A stretch of DNA of 64,000 bases from the NCBI GenBank assembly GCA_965217115.1, contig OZ244239.1, positions 1,952,001 to 2,016,000 of the forward strand, in the 5' to 3' direction. The notes under the pieces were generated by a model that was not told the origin of the DNA, searched no databases, and was given only the letters and a program-made list of their open reading frames with translations. This stretch comes from Bdellovibrionales bacterium (GTDB taxonomy: Bacteria; Bdellovibrionota; Bdellovibrionia; Bdellovibrionales; CAYMLA01). This document shows, piece by piece, positions 31,259 to 42,012 of the stretch (positions are counted from its first letter, which is position 1; each line of letters begins with the position of its first letter). A program made the position numbers and the translations under genes.

Positions 31259-31486
31259 ATGAATAATTTAACCCATGTTCGGCGTTGCCATGTTTGTGGA
31301 GAGGTTTCTGAAAATAAGGAACAAGATGTTGAGCGCTGTAACCACTGTAAAAAACCTCTGGCCCAGTTCTGTTTTTTTGACGATCGCCGTGTCCTGCCTC
31401 TTTCGGATGATAGAAAGGCAGGAGATATTTTAGATGCTTATCAACCCATCCGTGGTTTAACTGCCTATTGGGATCATGCAGCTTAG
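31259..31486 (+). CDS. Small zinc-ribbon hypothetical protein
   Basis: CHVC...CNHC pairs. Confidence 0.7.
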   Translation: MNNLTHVRRCHVCGEVSENKEQDVERCNHCKKPLAQFCFFDDRRVLPLSDDRKAGDILDAYQPIRGLTAYWDHAA

Positions 31487-31495
31487 TAGGCTTTT

Positions 31496-32377
31496 CTAAA
31501 TTTCACTAAAACTCACCTGAATCCATCCATCATTTTCGTTGTGGAAAAAGACATTTTCACCGAGGCGGGTTTTTTCGATTTCTTTCAGAGATAGAATGTT
31601 CTTTAATTGCCCGCTGATTTGGGACAATTGATCAACAATGCTCTCCTGTGTATAATGAGTGATCTGATTTAAATGAAAATCGGTACTTAAGCTCTCAAAA
31701 ATTTTTTTTGGAATATATCGAAACCTATCGTTAACTAATTCAAAGGGGATAAGAGACTCTAGAATTAAGGCATTTCTGTGGTTATGGGATTTAAACGAAT
31801 CAATAATCTTCCAGAGGTCATCTGATTTGATATAGTAAGAAATTCCTTCGGCAATAAGGAGAGTGGGAAGATTTGAGTTCCATCCAGCATGGCATAATTT
31901 TTCTCGGAGTATTTCCGTATCAGTTATATCTGCGGTGAGGCACTGAATATTATTGATTTGATTAAGAAGGTTTTTCTTAGTGTCCATATTATCAAGGTCG
32001 ACATCGAAGACAGATGTTTTTGGAAACATCGAAGCGATCTCAATGGACAGAGGATCAAGGCCCGCCGCCAGAATAATCACCTGGCTGTTTTTACTGGAGT
32101 CGTCGATCCCACTATTAGTAGATGAATTGTTAGATAAACAGCTGAATAAGAAATCAAAGGCGAGTTTTTTTATAGCATATTTTCTATTTGTTATAACTTG
32201 ACTGTAAGAGGGCCATATTTTTTCATAATCTCGCACTAAGGCTTGTCCTTCAGTGAGATCAATGGATTCTAAGTACTGTGAAGTGTTGGGATGGGCAGAG
32301 GAGTCTTTGTCAGTCCAGAGAAGGACAAGAGCTGATGTGGGGGAGAGTTTACACTTAGAGTGTTTTGGCTTTTTCAA
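31496..32377 (-). CDS. Class I SAM-dependent methyltransferase (LCM-like)
   Basis: QVIILAAGLD, FDVDL and LLIAEGISYY motifs. Confidence 0.85.
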   Translation of the reverse strand: MKKPKHSKCKLSPTSALVLLWTDKDSSAHPNTSQYLESIDLTEGQALVRDYEKIWPSYSQVITNRKYAIKKLAFDFLFSCLSNNSSTNSGIDDSSKNSQVIILAAGLDPLSIEIASMFPKTSVFDVDLDNMDTKKNLLNQINNIQCLTADITDTEILREKLCHAGWNSNLPTLLIAEGISYYIKSDDLWKIIDSFKSHNHRNALILESLIPFELVNDRFRYIPKKIFESLSTDFHLNQITHYTQESIVDQLSQISGQLKNILSLKEIEKTRLGENVFFHNENDGWIQVSFSEI

Positions 32378-32383
32378 TATGAA

Positions 32384-33412
32384 TTACTCCCAGTTAAGAA
32401 TGACTTTACCCGATTTTCCGCTAAGCATCGTTTCAAACCCTTGTTGGTAGTCATCAATTGAAAAATGATGGGTAATAACAGGCGATATGTTCAAACCACT
32501 TTGAAGCATTGTCTTCATCTTATACCAAGTTTCAAACATTTCACGGCCGTAAATACCTTTCAATGTTAAACCCTTAAAAACAATTTGATTCCAATCAATA
32601 ACCATGTTTTCAGGAAATATTCCAAGGCTGGCAATACGTCCTCCATTATTCATAGTATCCAACATATCTTGAAGAGCCTGGGCATTACCTGACATTTCAA
32701 GACCGACATCAAACCCCTCAGTCATATTGAGTTCATTAAGGATGTCTTTTAAGTTCTCATTGTTTGTATTCACTGTGCGAACTTTAGGATCTATCTTACG
32801 TGCAAGCTCTAAGCGGTGTTCATTGATATCAGTGATGACGATATGTCTTGCGCCGATATGACGACAAATAGCCACGGCCATAATACCGATGGGGCCAGCT
32901 CCAGTGATAAGGGTGTCCTCTCCTATGGAGTCAAAAGTAAGGGCGGTGTGGACAGAATTACCAAGAGGGTCAAGGATAGAGGCCGTGTCATCAGAGATAT
33001 CGTCAGGAATAGGAAAAGCATTTGTTGCAGGAATAGACAAGAATTCTGCAAAGGCTCCTTGACGATTAACCCCAATACTAACAGTGTTGCGACAGAGGTG
33101 ACGACGACCTGCTCGACAGTTGCGGCAATAAGCACAGGTGAGATGACCTTCCCCTGAAACACGATCACCAACTTGATAGCCACTGACGTGAGAGCCAACT
33201 TCATGGATGATGCCAACAAACTCATGCCCTGTTATCATAGGAACAGGGATATTCTTCTGTGACCACTCATCCCATTTATAGATATGAATATCCGTTCCGC
33301 AAATAGCTGTTTTTTTAATCTTGATAAGAAGATCATTAGCTCCACACTCTGGCTTAGGAGCATCAATCATCCAGAGACCCACTTCTTTCTTTGTTTTAGC
33401 CAATGCCTTCAT
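32384..33412 (-). CDS. tdh: L-threonine 3-dehydrogenase
   Basis: [15 protein letters not shown], CxxCxxC and [12 protein letters not shown] motifs. Confidence 0.97.
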   Translation of the reverse strand: MKALAKTKKEVGLWMIDAPKPECGANDLLIKIKKTAICGTDIHIYKWDEWSQKNIPVPMITGHEFVGIIHEVGSHVSGYQVGDRVSGEGHLTCAYCRNCRAGRRHLCRNTVSIGVNRQGAFAEFLSIPATNAFPIPDDISDDTASILDPLGNSVHTALTFDSIGEDTLITGAGPIGIMAVAICRHIGARHIVITDINEHRLELARKIDPKVRTVNTNNENLKDILNELNMTEGFDVGLEMSGNAQALQDMLDTMNNGGRIASLGIFPENMVIDWNQIVFKGLTLKGIYGREMFETWYKMKTMLQSGLNISPVITHHFSIDDYQQGFETMLSGKSGKVILNWE

Positions 33413-34596
33413 TTGATGACCCCTAGTTGTTGACCGATTTTCTTAAAGCCAAGAACAGCTTTTTTAATATCTTCTTCGCTGTGAGCTGCGGACATTTGCG
33501 CACGGATACGGGCTTTTTCTTTAGGAACAACAGGATAGGAGAAGCCAACTACATAAATACCTTCCTTGAGAAGCTCGTCAGACATCTTATTTGCAAGAGA
33601 GGCATCACCTAACATAACTGGTATTATGGGATGTTCTCCTGGGAGAAGTTCAAAACCAGAAGAGATCATCTCTTGGCGAAAAAGTTTTGAATTACTTTTA
33701 AGTTTTTTTCTAAGGACAACGGAGGATTGTAAGATATCCAGAACTTTCAAGGATGTTTTTACAATGACAGGAGCAAGGGAGTTAGAGAATAAGTAGGGTC
33801 GAGAACGTTGGCGCAGCCACTCAATGACTTCCTTCCGTCCTGAGGTGTATCCACCAGAGGCTCCTCCGAGGGCCTTTCCCAAAGTTCCTGTGATAATGTC
33901 TATGCGTTTTAAAACATGACAGTGTTCATGTGTTCCTCGACCATTATCTCCCATAAATCCTACTCCATGGGAATCGTCAACCATAACCATGGCATTGTAT
34001 TTATCAGCTAAATCACAGATAGCTTCAAGATTGGCGATAAAACCATCCATAGAGAAAACACCATCTGTGGCAATGAGTTTATAACGACAGTTTTTTGTAT
34101 TCGCTTCTTTGAGTTGAGTTTCTAGGTCGGTCATATCATTGTTTTTATAACGATAGCGCCGGGCTTTGCATAGACGAATGCCATCAATAATGGAGGCATG
34201 GTTAAGGGAGTCACTGATAACGGCATCCTCAGGGCCAAGAATAGTTTCAAAGAGGCCTCCATTGGCATCAAAGCAGGAGGTGTAGAGGATCGTGTCTTCA
34301 GTGCCAAGAAACCCACTGAGTCTTTCTTCGAGTTCTTTGTGAATATCTTGTGTTCCACAGATAAAACGCACACTGGATAAGCCAAAACCATACCGTTCAA
34401 TAGCTCCCTGGGCAGTTTTAATAAGTTCTGGGTGATTGGAGAGACCTAGATAATTGTTGGCGCAAAAATTAATGACATCCTCTCCGTCGGCAATGATAGA
34501 TGACTGCTGTGGGGATGTGATGACTCGCTCATTCTTATAAAGTCCAGCGTCTTTAATATTTTCGAGTTCACTATTTAGATGTTGGGTAAAGTTCAT
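33409..34596 (-). CDS. kbl: 2-amino-3-ketobutyrate CoA ligase
   Basis: [29 protein letters not shown] and [11 protein letters not shown] motifs; overlaps tdh. Confidence 0.97.
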   Translation of the reverse strand: MNFTQHLNSELENIKDAGLYKNERVITSPQQSSIIADGEDVINFCANNYLGLSNHPELIKTAQGAIERYGFGLSSVRFICGTQDIHKELEERLSGFLGTEDTILYTSCFDANGGLFETILGPEDAVISDSLNHASIIDGIRLCKARRYRYKNNDMTDLETQLKEANTKNCRYKLIATDGVFSMDGFIANLEAICDLADKYNAMVMVDDSHGVGFMGDNGRGTHEHCHVLKRIDIITGTLGKALGGASGGYTSGRKEVIEWLRQRSRPYLFSNSLAPVIVKTSLKVLDILQSSVVLRKKLKSNSKLFRQEMISSGFELLPGEHPIIPVMLGDASLANKMSDELLKEGIYVVGFSYPVVPKEKARIRAQMSAAHSEEDIKKAVLGFKKIGQQLGVIK

Positions 34597-34638
34597 TTTC
34601 CATATCCTCTTAGGGAAGTTATCTTAACAATGCTTGCA

Positions 34639-35085
34639 TTAGTGAATACCAAATGTCTGCCCGTATTCCCAGATTTTGTTGTTATTAGAGCTGTTGTTAA
34701 GATGATATTCTATGATAACGCCATGTTTTTTTTTATGTTCCCAATTAATAATGTTAATGTCTAAATCATACTGACCATTTTTCTGAGTATTATTTAAGAA
34801 AAAAGGAATCGCCGTAATAAACTGTTCTTTGCTATCACCTAAATACGAGAGAGAGGTTTTTTTTATTTTATTAAGAGCCTTGGGATTACGATTTAAGAGA
34901 TTGTCAGAGTAGTGGGAGACAAACCATTGCAAATAGATCTGCTGCTTAGGGGGTAACATAGATAGAGCCATAGGACTCTTGCAAATAAGCAAGAGCAACC
35001 CAATGCTGGTAAGGGACAGCGCTATAAAATAGGAAAAAGCCCGAATCATAGGGGGTATTATCAGGTTTATTTTAAAAAGAGACAA
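34639..35085 (-). CDS. Hypothetical membrane-anchored protein
   Basis: 148-aa ORF with an N-terminal hydrophobic segment; start uncertain. Confidence 0.6.
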   Translation of the reverse strand: MSLFKINLIIPPMIRAFSYFIALSLTSIGLLLLICKSPMALSMLPPKQQIYLQWFVSHYSDNLLNRNPKALNKIKKTSLSYLGDSKEQFITAIPFFLNNTQKNGQYDLDINIINWEHKKKHGVIIEYHLNNSSNNNKIWEYGQTFGIH

Positions 35086-35353
35086 GGTGTTAGAGTGGCT
35101 CAGAAGCCATCAGTCATGACAAAAAAGGGGGGAGTCCTGTGGTCATCTCTAGGTCACTCTAAGTAGCTAGAATTAAAGGTTAAACATACATTTTGCGGAG
35201 AGCTGTACAGAAAATCGTCATGTTTGCAATTCTGCCTAATAAGTAGATTCCACAGAAAAACCTTGTATTTACAGTAACTTATGGATATCAAGAAAAACTG
35301 GCATGGCCTTTGGACTTAGAAAGGGTGTGAAACTCTGTTTAAAGGCGGGATGT

Positions 35354-36544
35354 ATGAAACTTTATTGTCGATCTATTATAATTTCTGCGGTTGTGGGTGC
35401 CTATGTTGCCTGTGCCCCAGTAGAGTTTGTAGAGAATGAATCATTTGTCTGTAATGACTTATTGGATGAATGCACGCGAGTGACTCCCACAGGAATAGAT
35501 TATGAGCATAGGGTTTCTGCTCCTGGTAAGAATGTGGACATCCTCTTTGTTGTCGATAACTCAGGGTCTATGTCATTTGAACAGAATGAAATAGCCAATC
35601 GTTTTAATGGTTTCTTAGCGCAGTTAGACGGTAAAGAGATGAATTATCACATTGCAATGACAACGACGGATATATCATCTTCTAGTAATCCATCCCGTTC
35701 TATTAATAAGAATGGTGTTTTGCAGGATGGGAAGTTGCTTCAATTAGTAGATAGCAATGGCAATGGCACGGGCCAATACATAATTAAGAGAGACCAGTCT
35801 AATCGTGAGGAACTTTTTGAAAAAACGATTATGCGTCCAGAGACACTGGCCTGTGAAAACTGGTTGAATAGCTTCAATTCAGGAAGCGATCCTTTAACAA
35901 GAGTTAATGAGAGAGAAGCTGCTATAGCTAATTGTCCTTCATTTGATGAGAGAGGGATTGTGGCGGCAGGTAAAGCTGTAGAACGTAACGAGCATGGATT
36001 TTTACGGAGAAATGCCCATACAGCAATTGTTATTATTTCCGATGAAGATGAAAGAAGTGTTGGTGCTGACGGAGTTGCAGACAGTAGATACGCAAATGCT
36101 AAATATGGAATCGAAACCGAGGATCGACCTGAGGTTTTCATTGAAGATTTTAAATATAAATTTGGCGTGAATAAAACATTGACGGTTCACTCGATTATCG
36201 TCAAACCAGGGGATGTATCTTGCTTAAACATTCAGAATGCTCAAACTAATGGTGTGAAAGGTTTTGAAGGTGATTTTTATGAAAAACTCTCAAACCTAAC
36301 TAGTGGAGTTGTAGGGGATGTGTGTGCCAGTAACTACACAAGTCAGTTAGAAGCCATCGGTTCAACCATCGCTCAACAGACGGTATCCATTGCAATTCAC
36401 TGTTCTAGTCCTGAGAGTCTGAAAGTGGCCTTTTCTCCAGTAGAGAACGCTGTTCCCTATGAAGTTATGGATAGTAAAATAGTTTTTGATGACGCCTTGG
36501 ATGCCAATACTTCAGTGACGGTTTCATACAGTTGTAAGAATTAA
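35354..36544 (+). CDS. vWA-domain lipoprotein (CglB-like)
   Basis: Lipobox-like AYVAC; MIDAS VDILFVVDNSGSM; IVIISDEDERS; multiple Cys. Confidence 0.82.
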   Translation: MKLYCRSIIISAVVGAYVACAPVEFVENESFVCNDLLDECTRVTPTGIDYEHRVSAPGKNVDILFVVDNSGSMSFEQNEIANRFNGFLAQLDGKEMNYHIAMTTTDISSSSNPSRSINKNGVLQDGKLLQLVDSNGNGTGQYIIKRDQSNREELFEKTIMRPETLACENWLNSFNSGSDPLTRVNEREAAIANCPSFDERGIVAAGKAVERNEHGFLRRNAHTAIVIISDEDERSVGADGVADSRYANAKYGIETEDRPEVFIEDFKYKFGVNKTLTVHSIIVKPGDVSCLNIQNAQTNGVKGFEGDFYEKLSNLTSGVVGDVCASNYTSQLEAIGSTIAQQTVSIAIHCSSPESLKVAFSPVENAVPYEVMDSKIVFDDALDANTSVTVSYSCKN

Positions 36545-36578
36545 AAAAAAAGCCGTTTTAATTCAAGATTAGAACGGC
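36545..36578 (-). terminator. Terminator hairpin between convergent genes
   Basis: GCCGTTTTAAT/ATTAGAACGGC stem with a preceding A run (U-tail on the minus strand). Confidence 0.65.
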
Positions 36579-36655
36579 GAAGTTGATTTTCTATTTAAAA
36601 ATAAGACCTATAGTCATTCAAGCATGTTTTAAAGCAGATTTACAATGGCTGCCAA

Positions 36656-37375
36656 TTACTTTCCTTTCTTTCGAAGTTTCTTTGATGTCTTCTTTGTCTT
36701 ATTCTTTAGGATATCGAGCAATTCAACTTCAAACACCAAAACAGAGTTGGCTGGAATACTAGGTCGTCCTCTCTCACCGTAGGCCAAGTTGCTAGGGATA
36801 TAGAGCATCCACTTGGACCCTTTTGACATTAACTGTAAAGCCTCAGTCCAACCAGGAATAACTCCTTTTACAGGAAACTCAGCAGGAGTGCCACGTTTGC
36901 GAGAGCTATCAAATTCAGTGTCATCGAGAAGTTTTCCTACATAGTGGACTCTAACTTTAGAGTTAGCAGAAGGTTTTGGGCCTTTACCATTGGTTAAAAC
37001 CTTGTACTGTAGGCCTGATTTTGTGGTTTTAACACCAGATTTCTTTTTATTCTCTTCAAGAAATTTGAGACCTTCGGCCTTACTTTTCTCAGCTTTTTGC
37101 TTTTTCTCAGCCATGAGTTTTTCTCTCATTTTTTGAATAGCCTCTGTTTTTTCTTTGTCAGTTAAGCGACTTTTCCGGCCTTTTAAAACGTCGTCTATCG
37201 CAGCAGCGACAAGGTCAACATTGGCATCAACACCTTGAGCCTTCATTCCCTGACCGATTTGCCAACCAATGGTATAACTGGCTTTTTGTTCGTCAGTTTT
37301 GAGGGGGGGATTTTTCTTATCATTACACCCTGTGAAAGTAATGAAGGCTGTTAAAGTTATAATTAATCGAAACAT
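36656..37375 (-). CDS. FKBP-type peptidyl-prolyl isomerase (FkpA/Mip-like), lipoprotein signal
   Basis: SGLQYKVL, VHYVGKL, FDSS, VIPGWTEAL and IPANSVLVFEVEL motifs. Confidence 0.95.
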   Translation of the reverse strand: MFRLIITLTAFITFTGCNDKKNPPLKTDEQKASYTIGWQIGQGMKAQGVDANVDLVAAAIDDVLKGRKSRLTDKEKTEAIQKMREKLMAEKKQKAEKSKAEGLKFLEENKKKSGVKTTKSGLQYKVLTNGKGPKPSANSKVRVHYVGKLLDDTEFDSSRKRGTPAEFPVKGVIPGWTEALQLMSKGSKWMLYIPSNLAYGERGRPSIPANSVLVFEVELLDILKNKTKKTSKKLRKKGK

Positions 37376-37441
37376 GATATCCTCTCTTTTTTTAAGTGAA
37401 TAGATTCACGAGAGATTACGACAAAATGCTCAAGGTAGAAA

Positions 37442-38956
37442 CTATTTATTACGGGAACTGGGGCGCTGTGTCGTAACCTGTTCTTGTTCGAGAAAGTTCT
37501 GGATATTTTGGTGATAGGAGGAGTTCTTTGCTCTTCCCATGGGAGAGGCCCTTTGCTCGCAGTTGCTTATAGAGCACCTTTCACAGGTTTGCCCAACCTC
37601 TTTTCTGGTGATGACCGAGTCTTCAGAGAAGGAGATAAGTCTCTTGGCATTCTCATCCATGGAAATACCTAATGTGAAGCCCACTTTTATATCCGAGTTG
37701 AGTTCCTGGTCTTCGGCAACTGAGAGACAGAGGTAATCTGTTTTTTCGTCGATAAAGAAGGAACGTTGAATGCCAGCAGTAAGACTCCTCGGGTTGTCTT
37801 TGCAAAGATTTTGTAAGAGAGAGGTGGTGATCCAACGTCGACAGTACTGTTCATCATTTTTAATTTCATGGGGGGAATGGAGCTGGGATAAATGAAGTTC
37901 TTGTGACAGATAAAAGTGCTCCTGTTTGGTGTCGTAGTAGAATTTTAAATAGAAGATATCTTTTAAATTAAAAAATGTGGGCAAAACCTGAGTGAGACGT
38001 TGAAAGAAGGTCTCTGTTGTTCCAGAGTAGGTCTGAATCCATTGGGAAAACCCTTGCCCATCCCATTTATCTTCAAGGAAGAGGTTTTTTATTTGACCGA
38101 TAAATGTTTGTTGCGGGATTAAAAAAGCGTTGGAGAAGTAAGTAGCTTGAAAATCATTATAAAGTTGAGAGAGTGACTCTAGTTCAAAGTTTGAAGTCAA
38201 GGGTCGCTCTTTAAGCTTCATATAGGAAAAGGCAATTTCCTTTAAAAGAATTGAGTAAAGAGATTTAGGAGAGATGTTCCCGTTGATGAAAGTAGTTATA
38301 GCACTTCCTTTTTTTTTGCAAAAGAAAGTTAATGATTGAATTTCTAAGGGGTAATCGTCGAAAGATTCAATGATGACGTCTTTTCCAAAAACTGAGTTGA
38401 GAGTTTCAACAAGAAAACCTACAGGGGGAAGTTGGGAAAAATCTGAGAGATTAAGCTCAGTTTTGAATGCCTTTACTTTTTCTTCTATCTGGGGGAAAAA
38501 ATTATCATGACTGTTAAGATGGCCCCTTAAAATAGCAATAAAAAAATCTTCCACTTGAATACTGTGTATGCGCATTATTTCTAAAAATGTAGCTAAGAGT
38601 TGTTTCATTTGTTTTGGGTTTTTTGTTAATGACTGGAAAATGGTCCGGTTGGAGAATCCTAATAATTCAAGGGGGAGTTCAGTGACAAATTGAGATTTTA
38701 AAGTCTGTGAAAGATTTAAGAACTCCTTATTGAGTTCAAAGGAAGAGAGCTGCTGCTCTGGGACTGAGAGTGCCTGAGAGAGCAGGGTGATTTTATCAGA
38801 GCGAGGGTATTTTTTTCCCTGTTCAATCTCGTTGAGATAAGATGGAGAAAGCCCTGATTTGAGTGAGAGTTCTTTTAAGGAAAGATTCTGATTTTTCCTC
38901 AACCCCCTTAATTTAAACCCTAGAATAAGGCGCAACATTTCTTTATTAAGAATCAT
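37442..38956 (-). CDS. XRE-family regulator, RamB/PrpR/ScfR-type
   Basis: N-terminal HTH (LSPSYLNEIEQGK); C-terminal VGQTCERCSISNCEQRASP Cys motif. Confidence 0.85.
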   Translation of the reverse strand: MILNKEMLRLILGFKLRGLRKNQNLSLKELSLKSGLSPSYLNEIEQGKKYPRSDKITLLSQALSVPEQQLSSFELNKEFLNLSQTLKSQFVTELPLELLGFSNRTIFQSLTKNPKQMKQLLATFLEIMRIHSIQVEDFFIAILRGHLNSHDNFFPQIEEKVKAFKTELNLSDFSQLPPVGFLVETLNSVFGKDVIIESFDDYPLEIQSLTFFCKKKGSAITTFINGNISPKSLYSILLKEIAFSYMKLKERPLTSNFELESLSQLYNDFQATYFSNAFLIPQQTFIGQIKNLFLEDKWDGQGFSQWIQTYSGTTETFFQRLTQVLPTFFNLKDIFYLKFYYDTKQEHFYLSQELHLSQLHSPHEIKNDEQYCRRWITTSLLQNLCKDNPRSLTAGIQRSFFIDEKTDYLCLSVAEDQELNSDIKVGFTLGISMDENAKRLISFSEDSVITRKEVGQTCERCSISNCEQRASPMGRAKNSSYHQNIQNFLEQEQVTTQRPSSRNK

Positions 38957-39118
38957 GGATGAGTTCCTGTCTGGTTATTCTTCATAAGTATAGCACTGAC
39001 CATTATAGGATCTAGTTTTTTTTAGAACACGCCTAAATGTACGCCTCTGATATAACTTGATGCGTTGGGGGCGAGGTTTTTCATTGAGGTTTTTTATGTG
39101 AATCTGTTGAAATAGGTA

Positions 39119-40375
39119 ATGCCAAAAGTGAGGTTATGCTTATTATTATTTCCTATTTTAACTGGTTGTTCTTTTATAAATGACAGTGAAAGTTTAAAAC
39201 AGGAACCAGTTTTAAATAAGACCTCCTATCGTGTAAGTTCTGTGAGGGTAAAAAAGAATTCTAATATTTCTGAGACATTAAAAAACCTAGGTATGAACTC
39301 GCAAGAGGTTTATGATGTCACAGAATCAGCGAGATCCCTTCTTGATTTTTCTAAGGTACTGGTCGGAACTGAACTTATTATCTTTAGAGATTTACCGCCA
39401 TTAAAAAAAATCATGAAACTGCAGTTAAAAATATCTGATGTTCGTGATCTTATTTGGAATTATCAGGATGGAAATTGGAAGGCCTTATTTAAAGATAAAG
39501 ATGTGCAGTTTAGAGCGTTGGGTTTTTCTGGCGAGGTGAGTCAGTCTTTGTGGGATTCAGCTTTGGAGTCTGGCTTGAGCCCCCAAATTATTATTGATTT
39601 GGCTGATATTTTGGCATGGCAAGTGGATTTTGCTAGAGAAGTTCGTAAGGGCGATTATTGGAGAATTCTTGTTAATCAGCGTCTGGTTGATGGAAAGCCA
39701 CTAGGGTGGGGGAAAATTTTAGCAGCCGAGTATAAAGGTTATAAAAGCTCTTATATAGCTGTCTTGTACCCAGAAAAAGGAAGGAATCGCCAAGGGTACT
39801 TTAACCTGCTCGGACAGAGTATGAGAGGTCAATTTCTAAAAAGCCCTATTAAATTTGGTAGAATTAGTTCCCGATTCCAGAAAAATCGGTTTCACCCTAT
39901 TTTGAAAGTGAGGAGACCCCATTTAGGGGTGGATTATGCGGCGCCGAGGGGAACTCCAGTCAGAGCGGTGGGGGATGGTGTGGTTTTTAGGAAAGGGTAC
40001 ACACGTGGATCGGGAAAATTCCTAAAAATCCGTCATAATTCTATTTATAAAACGGCCTACAGGCACTTGAGCCGTTTTGCGAGGGGAATTAAGAGGAGAT
40101 CCCATGTTCGTCAGGGGCAAATCATAGGTTATGTGGGGTCGACAGGTTTAGCCACAGGGCCACATTTGCATTTTGAATTTTATCAGAATGACCGTTTTAT
40201 AGATCCTTTGGGGCAGAAGTTTCCCCGTGTGAATTCATTGCCCGATGGAGAGAAGGATGCGTATAAGAAATACGCTGAAAAAATCATCAGCTACTTTCCT
40301 CTTAAGCGCTACGAAGAAAAAAGTGAAGCTTCTAAATTTAGAGACTCCTATTTTAAGGAATACAAAAGTAAATGA
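39119..40375 (+). CDS. M23 peptidoglycan DD-endopeptidase (MepM/Csd-like)
   Basis: HLGVDYAAPRGTPV and GSTGLATGPHLHF motifs; lipobox LTGC. Confidence 0.92.
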   Translation: MPKVRLCLLLFPILTGCSFINDSESLKQEPVLNKTSYRVSSVRVKKNSNISETLKNLGMNSQEVYDVTESARSLLDFSKVLVGTELIIFRDLPPLKKIMKLQLKISDVRDLIWNYQDGNWKALFKDKDVQFRALGFSGEVSQSLWDSALESGLSPQIIIDLADILAWQVDFAREVRKGDYWRILVNQRLVDGKPLGWGKILAAEYKGYKSSYIAVLYPEKGRNRQGYFNLLGQSMRGQFLKSPIKFGRISSRFQKNRFHPILKVRRPHLGVDYAAPRGTPVRAVGDGVVFRKGYTRGSGKFLKIRHNSIYKTAYRHLSRFARGIKRRSHVRQGQIIGYVGSTGLATGPHLHFEFYQNDRFIDPLGQKFPRVNSLPDGEKDAYKKYAEKIISYFPLKRYEEKSEASKFRDSYFKEYKSK

Positions 40376-40413
40376 GCAGGCCGTCTCATAAATAATCACA
40401 GCCTTTGTTATTT

Positions 40414-40992
40414 TTATGAAAATTCTTGGTTACAGAAATCCCAGTTTACAAGATTCCAAAAGCTCTCGACGTATTTGGGACGTGCATTGCGATAATCCAC
40501 ATAATAGGCATGCTCCCAAACATCACAAGTTAAAATAGGTATGACTCCGTCAGTGAGAGGGCAGCCAGCATTTTGAGTTTGAATGATTGAGAGTTTCCCA
40601 GAACTGTCTTTTACGAGCCATGCCCACCCAGAGCCGAATAAAGTAACTGCAGCTTTAGAGAACTGTTCTTTGAAATCAACAAAGGAGCCAAAATCTTTAC
40701 TGATGGCATCAGCCAGAGCGCCGCTAGGTTCTCCGCCCCCTTTGGGTGAAAGACAATTCCAGTAGAAAGAGTGGTTAAAAACCTGTGCGGCATTGTTGAA
40801 CATTCCGCCGTTGGATTTTGTAATAATATCCTCAAGGCTGGCATCAGAAAACTCGGTGCCTTCAATAAGGCCATTGAGTTTATCGACATAAGATTGATGA
40901 TGTTTTCCATAATGAAATTCTAGAGTTTCTTTTGAAATATGAGGCTGAAGAGCATCCATTGAATAGGGAAGCACTGGTAATTTTATAGACAT
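40414..40992 (-). CDS. sodB: Fe superoxide dismutase
   Basis: HYGKHH, FNNAAQVFNH and DVWEHAYY motifs. Confidence 0.95.
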   Translation of the reverse strand: MSIKLPVLPYSMDALQPHISKETLEFHYGKHHQSYVDKLNGLIEGTEFSDASLEDIITKSNGGMFNNAAQVFNHSFYWNCLSPKGGGEPSGALADAISKDFGSFVDFKEQFSKAAVTLFGSGWAWLVKDSSGKLSIIQTQNAGCPLTDGVIPILTCDVWEHAYYVDYRNARPKYVESFWNLVNWDFCNQEFS

Positions 40993-41059
40993 ATTAACTC
41001 CTAGATGAAATTTTAAATATACAGTAGAGATATAGCAGAGACTTCTTCTCTCTTCAAGT

Positions 41060-42010
41060 CTATTTTGTAACGGTGATCCCTAGCTGTTCCTCAATGTCCT
41101 TCTTCAGTTTTTCGTCAGGGCTGAGAGTTTTAGCTCTTGAGACACCTTGGCTAAGATCGAAGGCTTGGTAGAGTGTTTCGAGATATTCATCATTGGTTAG
41201 AGACAGAAAGAAGGAGGTGCTTCTGCAATTGGCTTTGAATTTAGCTATCTTAGAACTGGGTTTATTAGAGTGGAACTTTATCCCTTGGGAGTTGGAGCTG
41301 AGTTTCATCTCAATATTGTTATCATTCACTATTGTGGCTAGAGAGGTTATTTTGCAGGGGATAGAGATATGAGTTGTGACTTCTCTATCTGTGTAAATGC
41401 CCTTGTTATTAAGCGCAGAGGGTTTGAGTTTTAATATTTTCTCATCCCAGGCTGATATTTTGAAAGCGACTTTTTGAATAGAGAGGCGGATTTTGAGTTT
41501 AATAAGATAGCTGGTCGTGGGCTTGGCGATGTTTTGAGCATTGAGCTTTTGTGTTATGTAAAAAAAAGCAATATAGGTGTTTGTCTTTTTATTCCTTAAT
41601 ATTTTTTTTATAGAAACCTTCTGCCAGCCCATATTGTCCGAAAAATAGTCAAGGGTGTGTCTGTATTCACTTAAGACTTTCTTTTCCAAGTGAGGGCTGA
41701 AGTGTGAGCTTATGAATGTAAGTTTCTTCTCAATACCAGGTGCGTCACTAAGACGACCAGTCGCTGTTAGATCAGTCTCCCTTAAATCAGTCTCAGTTAA
41801 ACCAGTCTTAGTTAAACCAATAGTGTAGTAATGTCTCAAAAAACCCCTCAAAAACACCCCCCCTCTCTCCGTGTGAGTTTTTTTTACCTCTTGGGTTTTA
41901 TTAGAATCCGGAAAGGGAAAAAAAGAGAAATAGGTCGCGATGACTGCCCACGTAAATAAGAAGAGGGAAAGTCCCCTGTAGCTATTGATCTTAATCTTAT
42001 CTGTCGTCAT
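41060..42010 (-). CDS. Hypothetical bitopic membrane protein, possibly VirB8/TraE-like plus TraK/VirB9-like domain
   Basis: Single N-terminal TM, helical FLRGFLRHYY segment, then beta-rich domains; the family call is inference. Confidence 0.5.
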   Translation of the reverse strand: MTTDKIKINSYRGLSLFLFTWAVIATYFSFFPFPDSNKTQEVKKTHTERGGVFLRGFLRHYYTIGLTKTGLTETDLRETDLTATGRLSDAPGIEKKLTFISSHFSPHLEKKVLSEYRHTLDYFSDNMGWQKVSIKKILRNKKTNTYIAFFYITQKLNAQNIAKPTTSYLIKLKIRLSIQKVAFKISAWDEKILKLKPSALNNKGIYTDREVTTHISIPCKITSLATIVNDNNIEMKLSSNSQGIKFHSNKPSSKIAKFKANCRSTSFFLSLTNDEYLETLYQAFDLSQGVSRAKTLSPDEKLKKDIEEQLGITVTK

Positions 42011-42012
42011 AA

